Assembly: GCA_963676725.1 (NCBI GenBank)
Contig: OY781463.1
Location: forward strand, 2,786,398-2,850,397
Direction of reading: 5' to 3'
Length of the DNA stretch: 64,000 nucleotides
Origin: Bacteroidales bacterium
GTDB lineage: Bacteria > Bacteroidota > Bacteroidia > Bacteroidales > WRLA01
Shown piece by piece: positions 52,205 through 62,611 of the stretch. The first letter of the stretch is position 1. Each line of letters begins with the position of its first letter. The notes below the pieces were generated by a model. It was not told where the DNA came from. It ran no database searches and worked only from the letters and a program-made list of their open reading frames with translations. Position numbers and translations under genes: made by a program.

Positions 52205-53479
52205 ATGGTAGAACACATACAAAGGGGCAGCGAAACCCTCTCCTACATTTCTTCACCCGACGGGCTGGTGGCAATGCACATCAGCGATGATGGCGATGAG
52301 ATGAAGTATGTGCTCACCGATTACCTGGGCACAATTTACGCTTTGGTGGATGATGGTGCCCAAAGCACGGATGATGCGCTCTATTACAGCTTTAATGCCT
52401 GGGGCGAGCGCCGCGAGCTGCAAGCCTATGACGGTAGCCTTACGGCACCGCTCTTCTCCGACCCGGCCGACTATATTACCAGCCGTGGCTATACCGGACA
52501 TGAGCATATCGATGCTTTTGAGCTGATCAATATGAACGGTCGCGTATATGATCCAAATACCAGCTCTTTTTTAAGCCCTGATCCTGTTATGCAATCTCCG
52601 GATAATCCACAAAACCTAAACAGATACTCCTATTGTCTGAACAATCCTACTAAATACATTGATCCGAGCGGTTTTACCCAACAGAAACCTCCTCGCCAAG
52701 AATGGCTTGAAAATAATTATGGATTTGAAGGAGGCTCCGATTTTTACAGAGGAGAGTATTTTTTCTATAACTCTGAGACAGGAGGATTTAATGGAAACCG
52801 TGGCAACTATCATAGTGGAGGCGGATCGACTTATTACTATGCCGAAACCTATATTGGAGACGAAGCCGTAGATTTTTTAAGAGATATGGCAGGTATGTAT
52901 GACAATCTGGACTTTCCATCAAATTTTTATTCAGCTATTGTTACGATGGAAGGAGTAGATTATTTGGTTACCAGTAAAAATCCAATAGGAAACTACCGGA
53001 TTAAATATGGAGGGATTATTTTTCCTAGGGGCTGTAGTACTCATATTGTTGGGCCAGTAATTATAGGCTCAGCTGGTGGGGGTGAGTTACAACTAAATTC
53101 TACAGCAAGTTATATTTATGATGGTCAGTTTAGATCAGATCCATTAATACATAGTATGGAAGCTGGACAACACGTTAGGGTTGAAGTGAAAAACATGAAT
53201 ATTTTGGGGGTTCAGTTGGATTTGCAAGATAAATCACGTTATGCATACGAAAAAAATTGGCTTGGCATTGAGAGTAAGGTTTATACTGGAGATAGTCATT
53301 CAATGGTTCTACTTCCTGGACAATCGAGAAGTTTTGATTTTTATATGTTTAATTATGTTCCTATGAATTGGCAATTTGAGCTTAGCACAAAGATAAGTGG
53401 TGCCGCAAATGTTCAGATAAGATTTTATAGTGATTGGGTTCCTGGTATGCCATATGACCCTAATCATCCAAACAGATAA
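52205..53479 (+). CDS. Orphan Rhs core fragment plus unknown C-terminal domain
   Basis: Same Rhs anchor; NNPTKYIDPSG. Confidence 0.88.
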   Translation: MVEHIQRGSETLSYISSPDGLVAMHISDDGDEMKYVLTDYLGTIYALVDDGAQSTDDALYYSFNAWGERRELQAYDGSLTAPLFSDPADYITSRGYTGHEHIDAFELINMNGRVYDPNTSSFLSPDPVMQSPDNPQNLNRYSYCLNNPTKYIDPSGFTQQKPPRQEWLENNYGFEGGSDFYRGEYFFYNSETGGFNGNRGNYHSGGGSTYYYAETYIGDEAVDFLRDMAGMYDNLDFPSNFYSAIVTMEGVDYLVTSKNPIGNYRIKYGGIIFPRGCSTHIVGPVIIGSAGGGELQLNSTASYIYDGQFRSDPLIHSMEAGQHVRVEVKNMNILGVQLDLQDKSRYAYEKNWLGIESKVYTGDSHSMVLLPGQSRSFDFYMFNYVPMNWQFELSTKISGAANVQIRFYSDWVPGMPYDPNHPNR

Positions 53480-53483
53480 TAAC

Positions 53484-54020
53484 ATGAGATATATAAAAAA
53501 AATACTGATAGTAGCCTCAATTGTTCTTGCTTTAGCTTCATGTAGTGAAATAGAAGTGCATAGAGATTATTATGCTAATGGGGTATTGAAGGAAGAATAC
53601 TCGATGAAAAAGGGACAGTTTGATGGTAAATATAAAGCTTTATATTCTAATGGGAAACCACAAGCCATAGGTGAGTTTTCGGATGGTAAAATGGATGGAA
53701 TTTGGCAACATTTTTACCAAAATGGGAAAAGGCAATCGATAGAAGAACATTTAGACGGAAAACTTGTGAACTTTAATTACTGGGATGAAGAAGGAAAACA
53801 ATTAGTAATTGACGGTACGGGAGTTGCTGAAAAATATTATCCTTCTGGACAAATAGAAAGTGTTATGTCTTACAGGAATAATGTTTTTGACGGGAAGTGT
53901 GAAACCTGGTTTCCTAATGGAATAAAAGCTTCAGAAACTTTTTATGAGAATGGCAAACCCATTTTAAGTTGGCGATATTGGGATGAATATGGAAATTTGA
54001 TAAAAACAGAAAATTATTAA
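53484..54020 (+). CDS. MORN-variant repeat (YwqK-like) lipoprotein, putative immunity
   Basis: LASC lipobox; repeated DGxWxxYYxNG; ATG 53484 preferred. Confidence 0.85.
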   Translation: MRYIKKILIVASIVLALASCSEIEVHRDYYANGVLKEEYSMKKGQFDGKYKALYSNGKPQAIGEFSDGKMDGIWQHFYQNGKRQSIEEHLDGKLVNFNYWDEEGKQLVIDGTGVAEKYYPSGQIESVMSYRNNVFDGKCETWFPNGIKASETFYENGKPILSWRYWDEYGNLIKTENY

Positions 54021-54025
54021 AACTT

Positions 54026-54050
54026 AAAGCCTCACTATTTCAGTGGGGCT
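54026..54050 (+). terminator. Hairpin, possible terminator
   Basis: AGCCTCACT-ATTTC-AGTGGGGCT. Confidence 0.4.
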
Positions 54051-54109
54051 ATATAAAATTTGCATTAAATCGAAACCATAAAAAACGAAAACGGCTTTGT
54101 ATTAGAAAA

Positions 54110-55006
54110 ATGTTTATATTAATCGAAAAGTATACCAGTATTTCAATCCAAAAGTATACCATGCACGAGCATTTGAATTTGTTTGGCTTGATCATTATGA
54201 ATGGACGCATGTACGATCCCTGGACAGGCCGTTTCCTCTCGCCCGACCCTGTAGTGCAAAAGCCCGAATACGGCCCCAACTACAACCCCTATTCATACTG
54301 TCTCAATAACCCTTTGAAATATATTGACCCGAGCGGGTATAATTATGATTGGTATCAAAATGTACTGACAGGAGATATGTATTATAATAGTACCTACAAA
54401 GGTGAGTCTGATGCGGAAAAAATTGATGGTGAGGGCTGGGAATATTTTGGTCCGGATGGTATGTTTGGCTTACCAGAGATACTTTTAGCACGAGAGTATA
54501 ACTTACCAGTAAAACCATTGAACGGGCTGGGCTTTACTGTTGAAATCCCACTAAAAGGGGACAAAGCAGAGGGGTTTATGCAAGAGATGGGGTATGAGTT
54601 TGTGCCAACCCAACAGGTGATATATACAAAAGAGTTGACTGTATATATGTTTCAAGCTAAACAAACCTATCATTATGGCAAAGAAATTATTATTGATGAA
54701 AAAAGCACATATTTACCAAATAATTATTGCTATTCATATAGTCAGGGAATTAAGGGTCATAGCATAAAAGGCTCTGATGATATTAAACCAATGTGGGAAA
54801 TTGTTTCCAGAGTGAGTCTAAAATATACCGACAATATCTTACTACAACAGCCTCATCCAATTCTTCAGTCAAAATTATTGAATGCTGTTATAACTGGCAG
54901 CAATGACTGGGATAATAAAAAGACAAGACATCTAAAGAGTTGGCAGGAGTATAAAGGCGACATAGAATTAATAAATAAATTTGTTAGGATATATGGCAAG
55001 GATTAA
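54110..55006 (+). CDS. Orphan Rhs-CT from a different Rhs core lineage
   Basis: YTMHEHL..MNGRMYDP..NNPLKYIDPSG. Confidence 0.85.
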   Translation: MFILIEKYTSISIQKYTMHEHLNLFGLIIMNGRMYDPWTGRFLSPDPVVQKPEYGPNYNPYSYCLNNPLKYIDPSGYNYDWYQNVLTGDMYYNSTYKGESDAEKIDGEGWEYFGPDGMFGLPEILLAREYNLPVKPLNGLGFTVEIPLKGDKAEGFMQEMGYEFVPTQQVIYTKELTVYMFQAKQTYHYGKEIIIDEKSTYLPNNYCYSYSQGIKGHSIKGSDDIKPMWEIVSRVSLKYTDNILLQQPHPILQSKLLNAVITGSNDWDNKKTRHLKSWQEYKGDIELINKFVRIYGKD

Positions 55007-55676
55007 ATGTTTAATCATAATTGTATTTTTGTTATTTCTATCATGCAACTTTATAAAACGCAGAACGTTTTTTGTTCGCTTTCAGGAAAACCTGAAACAG
55101 CAAGAGGAAAACTTTAGCGAGTATTTTACTGCTGACAGCTTATTTGATGTTTTTCCCGATAATTTTGAAAACGAAGGAAATACCTGGTTTACCAGCTCAC
55201 CATCTATTGATTTAAAGGAGGGGCATTGTGCAATGTATGGTATTTTCATACTGAAAAGCAAAATGAATGAACATAATAGCATACAGAAAATCTTGAGGGT
55301 GCCCTACTCTTCTGATTCATGTTGTAAGATCTATTTAAATCGACTCACACGATATGTTGATTCTTCTGCCTCCTATAACGTCTATAAAGATGGGTATTTA
55401 TTAGTGCCTTGTTTTGAAAGAGACTATGTTTTTTCTGATAGTACTATTATGAAATCAAAAATATGGGTTGGCAAAGAGAGGTATTATGAAAGTTTATATT
55501 ATGTCCCCTCAGATCTTCAAGTCCATGTTGTGGACGCCAAGGCGGGCAATTTTTGGAAAAATGATTGCAACGAATATCGTCCGGAAAGCCTAAAAGAGTG
55601 GAAACATGGCTACTCCAAAGGCTTTGCAACATCTGAAAAAGAGAATATTATAGTTTATTGGACAATGATATGGTAA
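54993..55676 (+). CDS. Putative immunity lipoprotein
   Basis: FLSC lipobox; overlaps the Rhs-CT stop; ATG 54993 preferred. Confidence 0.7.
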   Translation: MARIKCLIIIVFLLFLSCNFIKRRTFFVRFQENLKQQEENFSEYFTADSLFDVFPDNFENEGNTWFTSSPSIDLKEGHCAMYGIFILKSKMNEHNSIQKILRVPYSSDSCCKIYLNRLTRYVDSSASYNVYKDGYLLVPCFERDYVFSDSTIMKSKIWVGKERYYESLYYVPSDLQVHVVDAKAGNFWKNDCNEYRPESLKEWKHGYSKGFATSEKENIIVYWTMIW

Positions 55677-55801
55677 ACAGGCACATAACATACCGCTCTG
55701 GTTCTTTTGGAAAAGGACTTCAGCACTGCAAATCAGCTCTTACAAAGATATTAATCCTGATCCATCATTATTGAAACCTTCTCAAAATAAAAAAATATTC
55801 G

Positions 55802-56275
55802 ATGAAATTAATTAAAAGCGCTATGAATAAAAAGCTAAATACATTAGTCTTATTTTTCTTCTTATCATCCACCATGATAAGCTTCGCCCAAACCTCCTTT
55901 CAATACGATGCCAATGGCAACCGTATTGCGCGTATCATAAACCTGGGCAAAGATGTGCTGGCAGATGCTGCCATAAATGATAGCCTGCAAGGGGAACTGG
56001 AACTTCCCAAGCCAATGCAGGAAACACTTGGAAAAGCTACCGTTAACATCTATCCAAACCCAACACAAGGCTTGCTTATATTGGAAAGCCAGGGTTTTGC
56101 CCTGGATGCGCTCCCAGAATACGAAGTCTATACCCTGATTGGCAGCCTGCTTATGCGTGTTGAAGCCACAGAGAACCGCCAGCAGATCGACCTGAGCAAT
56201 GAACCTGCAGGGATTTACCTGCTACGGATTAAATCAGGCAGCTTGCAAAGGGAATGGAAAATCATTAAACAATAA
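55802..56275 (+). CDS. Small T9SS type A sorting-domain protein with one YD-like motif
   Basis: QYDANGNR; IYPNPT..AGIYLL..WKIIKQ. Confidence 0.88.
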   Translation: MKLIKSAMNKKLNTLVLFFFLSSTMISFAQTSFQYDANGNRIARIINLGKDVLADAAINDSLQGELELPKPMQETLGKATVNIYPNPTQGLLILESQGFALDALPEYEVYTLIGSLLMRVEATENRQQIDLSNEPAGIYLLRIKSGSLQREWKIIKQ

Positions 56276-56326
56276 AATTTTGTCGTGGCTTTACGATTTA
56301 TACGAATAAAGCCCTAATTTTGTATT

Positions 56327-57978
56327 ATGTTATGCCGGAAACACCTGTTGTTGCTTATTGTAAGTTCATTTTTTTGGACAAGTATTTTGTATGCCCAAAA
56401 CAAACAAGCCAATAATTGGTATTTTGGACAATATGCCGGCATTACGTTTAATACACCCGATGGCAGCCCACAGGTTTTATATGACGGGCAGATCAATCAA
56501 TATGAGGGTTGTGCCAGCATCTCCGATTATGATGGCAATTTGCTGTTTTATACAGACGGAGTTAATGTTTGGAATTCCATGCACAACATCATGCCCAATG
56601 GAAACAATCTCGGAGGAAACGCTTCTGCCGCAATGTCTTCAATAGTTGTGCCCGCACCGGGCAATGATAGTCTTTTTTATCTGTTTACATTGCCGGAGAA
56701 TCATGATGATGAAGGCCTCCGTTATTCCATTATCAATATGAATTTGGATAACGGCTTAGGCGATATCACAGACATAAAAGATATTTACCTAACCGGGCCG
56801 GTTCATGAAAAAGTTACTGCCGTGGCCCATTCAAACGGCTTATTTATTTGGGTAATAAGCCATTTATGGGATAGCAATACTTTTCTTATGTACCTCATCG
56901 ACACAGATTCTCTGCATACAGTACCAATAACTCAATCAATTGGAGAGATTCATAATAATATACAGAGCCTCAGTGGCTGTATGAAAGCATCTCCTGACGG
57001 AACGCATTTGGCGATTACTGGGGGGGGGGGTACCCCTCCAAAGTTCAATTATTCAATTTTAATAACTCAACGGCTTTACTAAGCAATCCGATAAGCCTGA
57101 TGCATCAAGCAACATATTATAAGCCATATGGCATTGGCTTTTCACCAGATGGCACAAAACTTTATATTTCTTCTTTTGGTATTGAATCTCTTGCACAATA
57201 CAGAAATATTCATCAATACAACCTTGAATCTGAGGATTCTTTAACAATTGTTAATTCAGAGATTGAAATAGTCTATTTATCTGGTGTAACATATCAAATT
57301 GGTACTATGCAACTCGGTCCTGATAACAGGCTGTATATTGCAAAGGACAATCAACCCTATTTATGTATAATTGAAAACCCTGACTCATTGGGTTCATTAT
57401 GCAATTTTGTTGATTCAGCACTATTTCTTGATGACGGAACCTACACCCACCGCTGTCGCCTCGGCCTCCCTGCCTTCGTCCAGTCAGTCTTCAAGCCCGC
57501 TAGCTTCAACTGGGAAGGACATTGCATAGGAGACACTACTTTCTTTTACATTATAGATACTTTGGCGCAGGATTCCGTCCAGTGGGATTTTGGCGATCCG
57601 GCCAGTGGTGCGGCCAATTATTCGGATTCATTTTTTCCCCACCATTTGTATGAAAATGCCGGCAGCTATCTGATCCGTGTTGTCGGCTACAACAATAACC
57701 ATAATGATACCACAGTGCAGGAAATCCTTATCCATCCCCTACCCACACCTCTTTTACCAACAGATACCGGTTTTTGCGAAGGCTATGGCGTAAACCTCTG
57801 GCCGGGGAATTTTCAAAGCTACCTCTGGCAAAACGGCTCAACAGACACCAGCTTTTATGCGGATACCACGCTGAGCGTAATTGTGGAAGTAACGGATGTG
57901 CAGGGCTGCAAAGCCACAGACAGCACCCATGCTGTAGAGCATAGCAAACCAGCACCTGTGGTGATTTATCATGATTAG
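56327..57978 (+). pseudogene. Secreted beta-propeller/PKD-domain protein split at a poly-G tract
   Basis: NNWYFG N-terminus, WDFGD PKD motif; frames join if G11 (57020-57030) is G9 or G12. Confidence 0.82.
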
Positions 57979-58490
57979 TATTGGGAAAAGGTTTGGGGAT
58001 TTTGTTGTTTTCATCAGATGAAAAGGGCGCAAATAGATTTAGAGACATACAATTAAAGAACCGACAAAACACTACAAAAAAATATTTCAAAGCTAAAAAA
58101 GCGGCTACTATTGCTCATAATTCATCATCAAAACCATTTTTCAGAACAGTGCTGGGTTTCAATTCAAGGATAGAAACGGCATAATTTGGCTCGATAAAAC
58201 CCATTAATGATTAGCCTTTGGCTTTGCAAAAAAAATGAAAATAGACATAAAAATCAGGGTTCTTCATCGCATGAACAAGTGCATCTACAGTAGATACACA
58301 TATAAAACCCTATAAATAAATCATTTAAGCCAATTTATCTCAAAAGTATTCCTATAACAACAGCACCCATCCTTCAGCAGTAAAGCGACCGGCATTCCAA
58401 AGCAAAATAATTTTGCCGCAGTTTTGGTTCAAACACCAGAACTGATGATTTCGTATACTATTTTTAAAAAACACATTAACAAAAAACACA

Positions 58491-59531
58491 ATGAAGAAAT
58501 TGCTCATTTTGCTGCAACTATCGGCTGTTATTATTTTTATGTCGGCATGCGGTGGAACAAAAGAAGAAAAAGTGGAAAAAGAGCTTCGCTATGTGAAATC
58601 AATCACAGTACATCCAGCCGATGCTGCCCAGCATTTCAATTATTTTGGCACAGTAGCTGAAAGCCGTTTGGTTAATATTTCATTCAGGACAGGAGGAAGA
58701 CTAGATCAAATGAATATCAGCGAAGGTGATTATTTAAAAGAAGGGGAAATAATTGCGCGCATCGACTCCCGTGACCACAACTTGCAACTCAAAGCGGCGA
58801 AGGCACAATTTGAGCAAAGCAAAGACGAATATGCACGTTACAAACAATTATACGAACGCAAAAAACTACCAGAAAACACCTTGCAAAAAATGGAAGCAGC
58901 ATTTCTGATGACCGAAAGCAATTATGAAACTGCACAAAATGCCCTCAAGGACTGCATCTTGAAAGCACCTTTTTCCGGCTATGTTTTTGAAAGTTTTGTA
59001 GAAAACTATGAAGCAGTAGCGCCAGGTCAACCAATCATTAGCTTGCTGGATATGAATACTGTAGAAATCATTTTTCATATCCCTGAAGAACATATGGAAC
59101 AAATGGACAATATTGCCTCCATCACTTTTGATATTGCTCATGCGAACATAAAAAACAGAAGCGCTGCATTGAAAAGCATTAGCGAGAAAGCCGGCAAAAA
59201 TAATTTATTCGAGGTGCGACTTCTGGCAGACAATAAAGATAATCGCATAAAATCAGGCATGACCGCAACAATTTCCTTAGAATTAAATGAAGGAGGAGAG
59301 CAATGCATGATCATACCGGCAGAAGCTGTTTTTCAGAATAATAACCAAAGCTATGTTTGGGTAATTCAGGACGATTACCGCTTAAAAAAACAGCAGGTGC
59401 GCATTGGCAAGGCACACAATAATGGAAGCATAAGCATTTTGAAAGGCTTAAAAAATGGCGCACATATCGTGACAGCCGGAACACATTTTGTGATCGAAGG
59501 CCAGGAAGTAAAAATTGCCGATAAAAATTAG
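58491..59531 (+). CDS. RND efflux periplasmic adaptor
   Basis: Lipobox; SFRTGG..EGD and LKAPFSG motifs. Confidence 0.93.
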   Translation: MKKLLILLQLSAVIIFMSACGGTKEEKVEKELRYVKSITVHPADAAQHFNYFGTVAESRLVNISFRTGGRLDQMNISEGDYLKEGEIIARIDSRDHNLQLKAAKAQFEQSKDEYARYKQLYERKKLPENTLQKMEAAFLMTESNYETAQNALKDCILKAPFSGYVFESFVENYEAVAPGQPIISLLDMNTVEIIFHIPEEHMEQMDNIASITFDIAHANIKNRSAALKSISEKAGKNNLFEVRLLADNKDNRIKSGMTATISLELNEGGEQCMIIPAEAVFQNNNQSYVWVIQDDYRLKKQQVRIGKAHNNGSISILKGLKNGAHIVTAGTHFVIEGQEVKIADKN

Positions 59532-59556
59532 TGCTTACCTTTAAAAAAGAAACAAT

Positions 59557-62500
59557 ATGATACTAGATAAAATCCTGAATCAAAGGGCGTTTATATCGTT
59601 CGGGCTTATACTCCTGTTTTTTGGGGGCATTTTTTCCTATATGCAGCTCGGAAAATTGGAAGACGCTGAAATTCCAATCAAAGCAGCCAAAGTGATGTGT
59701 GTCTATCCGGGTGCTTCTGCTGAAGAAGTTGAAATGGAAGTCACAGCAAAACTCGAAAAAGCCATCCGCAAACTTAACGATATCGATCATATTGAAAGCC
59801 GCTCATTGCCCGGTCTTTCAGATATCACCATCAATCTGGATTGGGGAAAAGTGCCAACAGCTGACCTCCCCCAATATTGGGATAACCTAAGGAAAAAAAT
59901 TGCAGATATCCAAAGTGAATTGCCACAAGGAGCCATGGTTCCAATTGTTTATGATGACTTTGGCGATGTGTATGGTATTTTTATGACCGTAAGCGGTGAT
60001 GGCTACAGCTATGATGAACTGCACGAATATACCAAAGAAGTAAAGCAAGCCCTTTCATTACTAGAGGGCGTAAAAAATGTTGAAATCATGGGGGAATTAA
60101 CCGAAACCATCGACATCAGCTTTACTAAAGAAAAATTTGCACAACTTGGCATTAACCCAATGTTGATTGTTCAGCTTTTAAACGACCAAACAAAACCCGT
60201 TGATCCGGGCAGCATTTCTTTTGGCTCGGAACGCATGCGCATAAATGTGGGCAATAAATTCAAAAATCTAGATGAAATCAGAAACCTACTTATCGAACTT
60301 CCCAATGGCGGTAGATACTTATTAGGCGATGTTGCTAAAGTAAGCCGGGGCTATATGGAACCAAGAACTTCCGGTATAGCCACCAATGGCATTGCAGCAT
60401 TAGGCCTTGGCGTTTCAGGTGCCAGCGGGGTGAATATTATCAAAGTTGGCGAATCTGTTGATGAATGTCTTGCCAATTTACGCGCAGAAATGCCCATTGG
60501 AATTGAGTTTAATATGGTTTTTCATCAGGCGGAACGCGTAAAAGGTGCTATCAACGATTTTATGATCAATCTTCTTGAGTCGATCCTCATTGTTATTGGT
60601 GTTTTGCTGATAACGATGGGATTCAGGTCAGGATTTCTTATTGCCAGCGGACTTGTACTGACGATACTTGGAACCTTTATTGTAATGAACGGCATTGATA
60701 TTCAACTACAAAGAATTTCATTAGCAGCAATTATTATTGCTATGGGTATGTTGGTAGACAATGCCATTGTTGTAGCCGATGGCATACTCGTTGACCTAAA
60801 AAGAAAGCTTCCCGGGCGAAATCCATTCTCATTTTCAGCGAAACAAACAGCCATACCTTTACTTGGCGCTACAATGGTTGCTATTATAGCATTCCTGCCT
60901 TTGGCACTTTCTCCGGGCGGCGCAGGGGAATTCCTCCGTTCACTCTTTTTTGTTATTGCCATCTCATTATTTATCAGCTGGATACTTGCCATGATTCAAA
61001 CCCCTTTTATGGCTCGTTTTTTCTATCGCAAAGACAATAAAAAGAACAATGATCAAAACGAAATCGTAGATCCATTTGCAGGAATTGTTTATCAAAAATT
61101 TAAAACCTTCCTCAAATTTGCTTTGCTGCATAAAACAGTGTTTATCATTGTAACCGTTGCAAGCCTATTTCTTTCACTGTGGTCGTTTCGGTTTATCGAC
61201 CAGCTTTTCTTCCCTGAAATGGCCTATAATCAGTTTTTTGTAGAATATCATTTACCGGCAGGCAGCGATATTGAAGAAGTAAGTGAAGATATAAATGCCA
61301 TTCAAAACGAAATAGCAGACTGGCCCGATATCGAAAGCATAACAACATCCATAGGCTCTACCCCTGCCCGATATACATTGATGCGTGCTGTCAATTCGTA
61401 CAACAGCAGCTATGGCGAAATAATCATTAATACAGTTGATTACGAAAGCTCAAAACGATTATCCAGGGAAGTGGCAGCATACATCAAAAAAGAATATCCT
61501 GAAGCAGATATTCGCTCAAGAACTTATCTGCCCATTTCCTCAGAATTTCAGGTGGAAGCAAAATTCAGCGGACCAGACCCTATGGTACTTCGTCAGCTTT
61601 CCAATGAAGCTCAGAAGATTATGCATAAAAACCCCAAAATCGGGATGATTACCGACAACTGGAAAAATAAATCGAAAGTTCTTTATCCGAACTACAGCCA
61701 GAACAAAGCCAAGGAACTCAATATCTCACGGGAAGATCTTAGCAGGAGTATCGCAGTGGCTACCAATGGCTTACCTGTGGGACAATATTATGATAATGAT
61801 GAACAACTACTGATGATGCTGAAGCTCGAACATGCCATAGGAAATGATGTGAATCAGATACCATTATTGCCCGTATGGGGACAAAGCGCAGGCAGTGTAC
61901 CGCTGAGTCAGGTCACCGATTCTATAAATATTGCATGGGAAAACCAGCAAAGGCAGAGGTATAATGGCGAGCTTTCCATTAAGGCACAATGCGACCCTAA
62001 AGCAGGCATCAATGCTCCGGAAGTCTTTAGCGAAATCCATAAAGAAATTGAAGCGATTCCTTTACCAAAAGGATATAAAATGGAATGGCTGGGCGAGCAC
62101 GAACAAAGTATTGATGCAAACAAGCATATTATGACTTATTTCCCGCTTGCAATCATGCTTATGATATTGATTGTTATCGGTTTATTCAATAATTTCCGCC
62201 AGCCAATTATTGTTTTCTCTGTCGTTCCACTTGCGCTTATCGGTGTAACAGTAGGATTATTGATCACGGGAAATCCATTTGGGTTTATGAGTGTAATCGG
62301 TGTTCTGGGTCTTATCGGGATGATGATCAAGAACTCTATTGTACTGCTTGATCAAATCAATATCGATTTAAAAAATGGCAAAAATCGTTTAGATTCCACC
62401 ATTGATGCCGCAGTTTCAAGGTTTAGGCCTGTTCTTATGGCCTCAGCAACAACGGTACTCGGCATGGCTCCATTACTTATGGACGATATGTTTAAAGGAA

Positions 62501-62610
62501 TGGCCACAGTGATTATGTTCGGCCTTATGATTGGCACCATCATCACATTAGTAATTGTTCCTGTACTCTATGCGATCCTTTATAGGATAGACACCAGTAA
62601 ATTAAAGTAA
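59557..62610 (+). CDS. RND efflux permease (AcrB/AcrD/AcrF family)
   Basis: YPGASAEEVE, GMLVDNAIVV, RFRPVLM. Confidence 0.95.
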   Translation: MILDKILNQRAFISFGLILLFFGGIFSYMQLGKLEDAEIPIKAAKVMCVYPGASAEEVEMEVTAKLEKAIRKLNDIDHIESRSLPGLSDITINLDWGKVPTADLPQYWDNLRKKIADIQSELPQGAMVPIVYDDFGDVYGIFMTVSGDGYSYDELHEYTKEVKQALSLLEGVKNVEIMGELTETIDISFTKEKFAQLGINPMLIVQLLNDQTKPVDPGSISFGSERMRINVGNKFKNLDEIRNLLIELPNGGRYLLGDVAKVSRGYMEPRTSGIATNGIAALGLGVSGASGVNIIKVGESVDECLANLRAEMPIGIEFNMVFHQAERVKGAINDFMINLLESILIVIGVLLITMGFRSGFLIASGLVLTILGTFIVMNGIDIQLQRISLAAIIIAMGMLVDNAIVVADGILVDLKRKLPGRNPFSFSAKQTAIPLLGATMVAIIAFLPLALSPGGAGEFLRSLFFVIAISLFISWILAMIQTPFMARFFYRKDNKKNNDQNEIVDPFAGIVYQKFKTFLKFALLHKTVFIIVTVASLFLSLWSFRFIDQLFFPEMAYNQFFVEYHLPAGSDIEEVSEDINAIQNEIADWPDIESITTSIGSTPARYTLMRAVNSYNSSYGEIIINTVDYESSKRLSREVAAYIKKEYPEADIRSRTYLPISSEFQVEAKFSGPDPMVLRQLSNEAQKIMHKNPKIGMITDNWKNKSKVLYPNYSQNKAKELNISREDLSRSIAVATNGLPVGQYYDNDEQLLMMLKLEHAIGNDVNQIPLLPVWGQSAGSVPLSQVTDSINIAWENQQRQRYNGELSIKAQCDPKAGINAPEVFSEIHKEIEAIPLPKGYKMEWLGEHEQSIDANKHIMTYFPLAIMLMILIVIGLFNNFRQPIIVFSVVPLALIGVTVGLLITGNPFGFMSVIGVLGLIGMMIKNSIVLLDQINIDLKNGKNRLDSTIDAAVSRFRPVLMASATTVLGMAPLLMDDMFKGMATVIMFGLMIGTIITLVIVPVLYAILYRIDTSKLK

Positions 62611-62611
62611 A

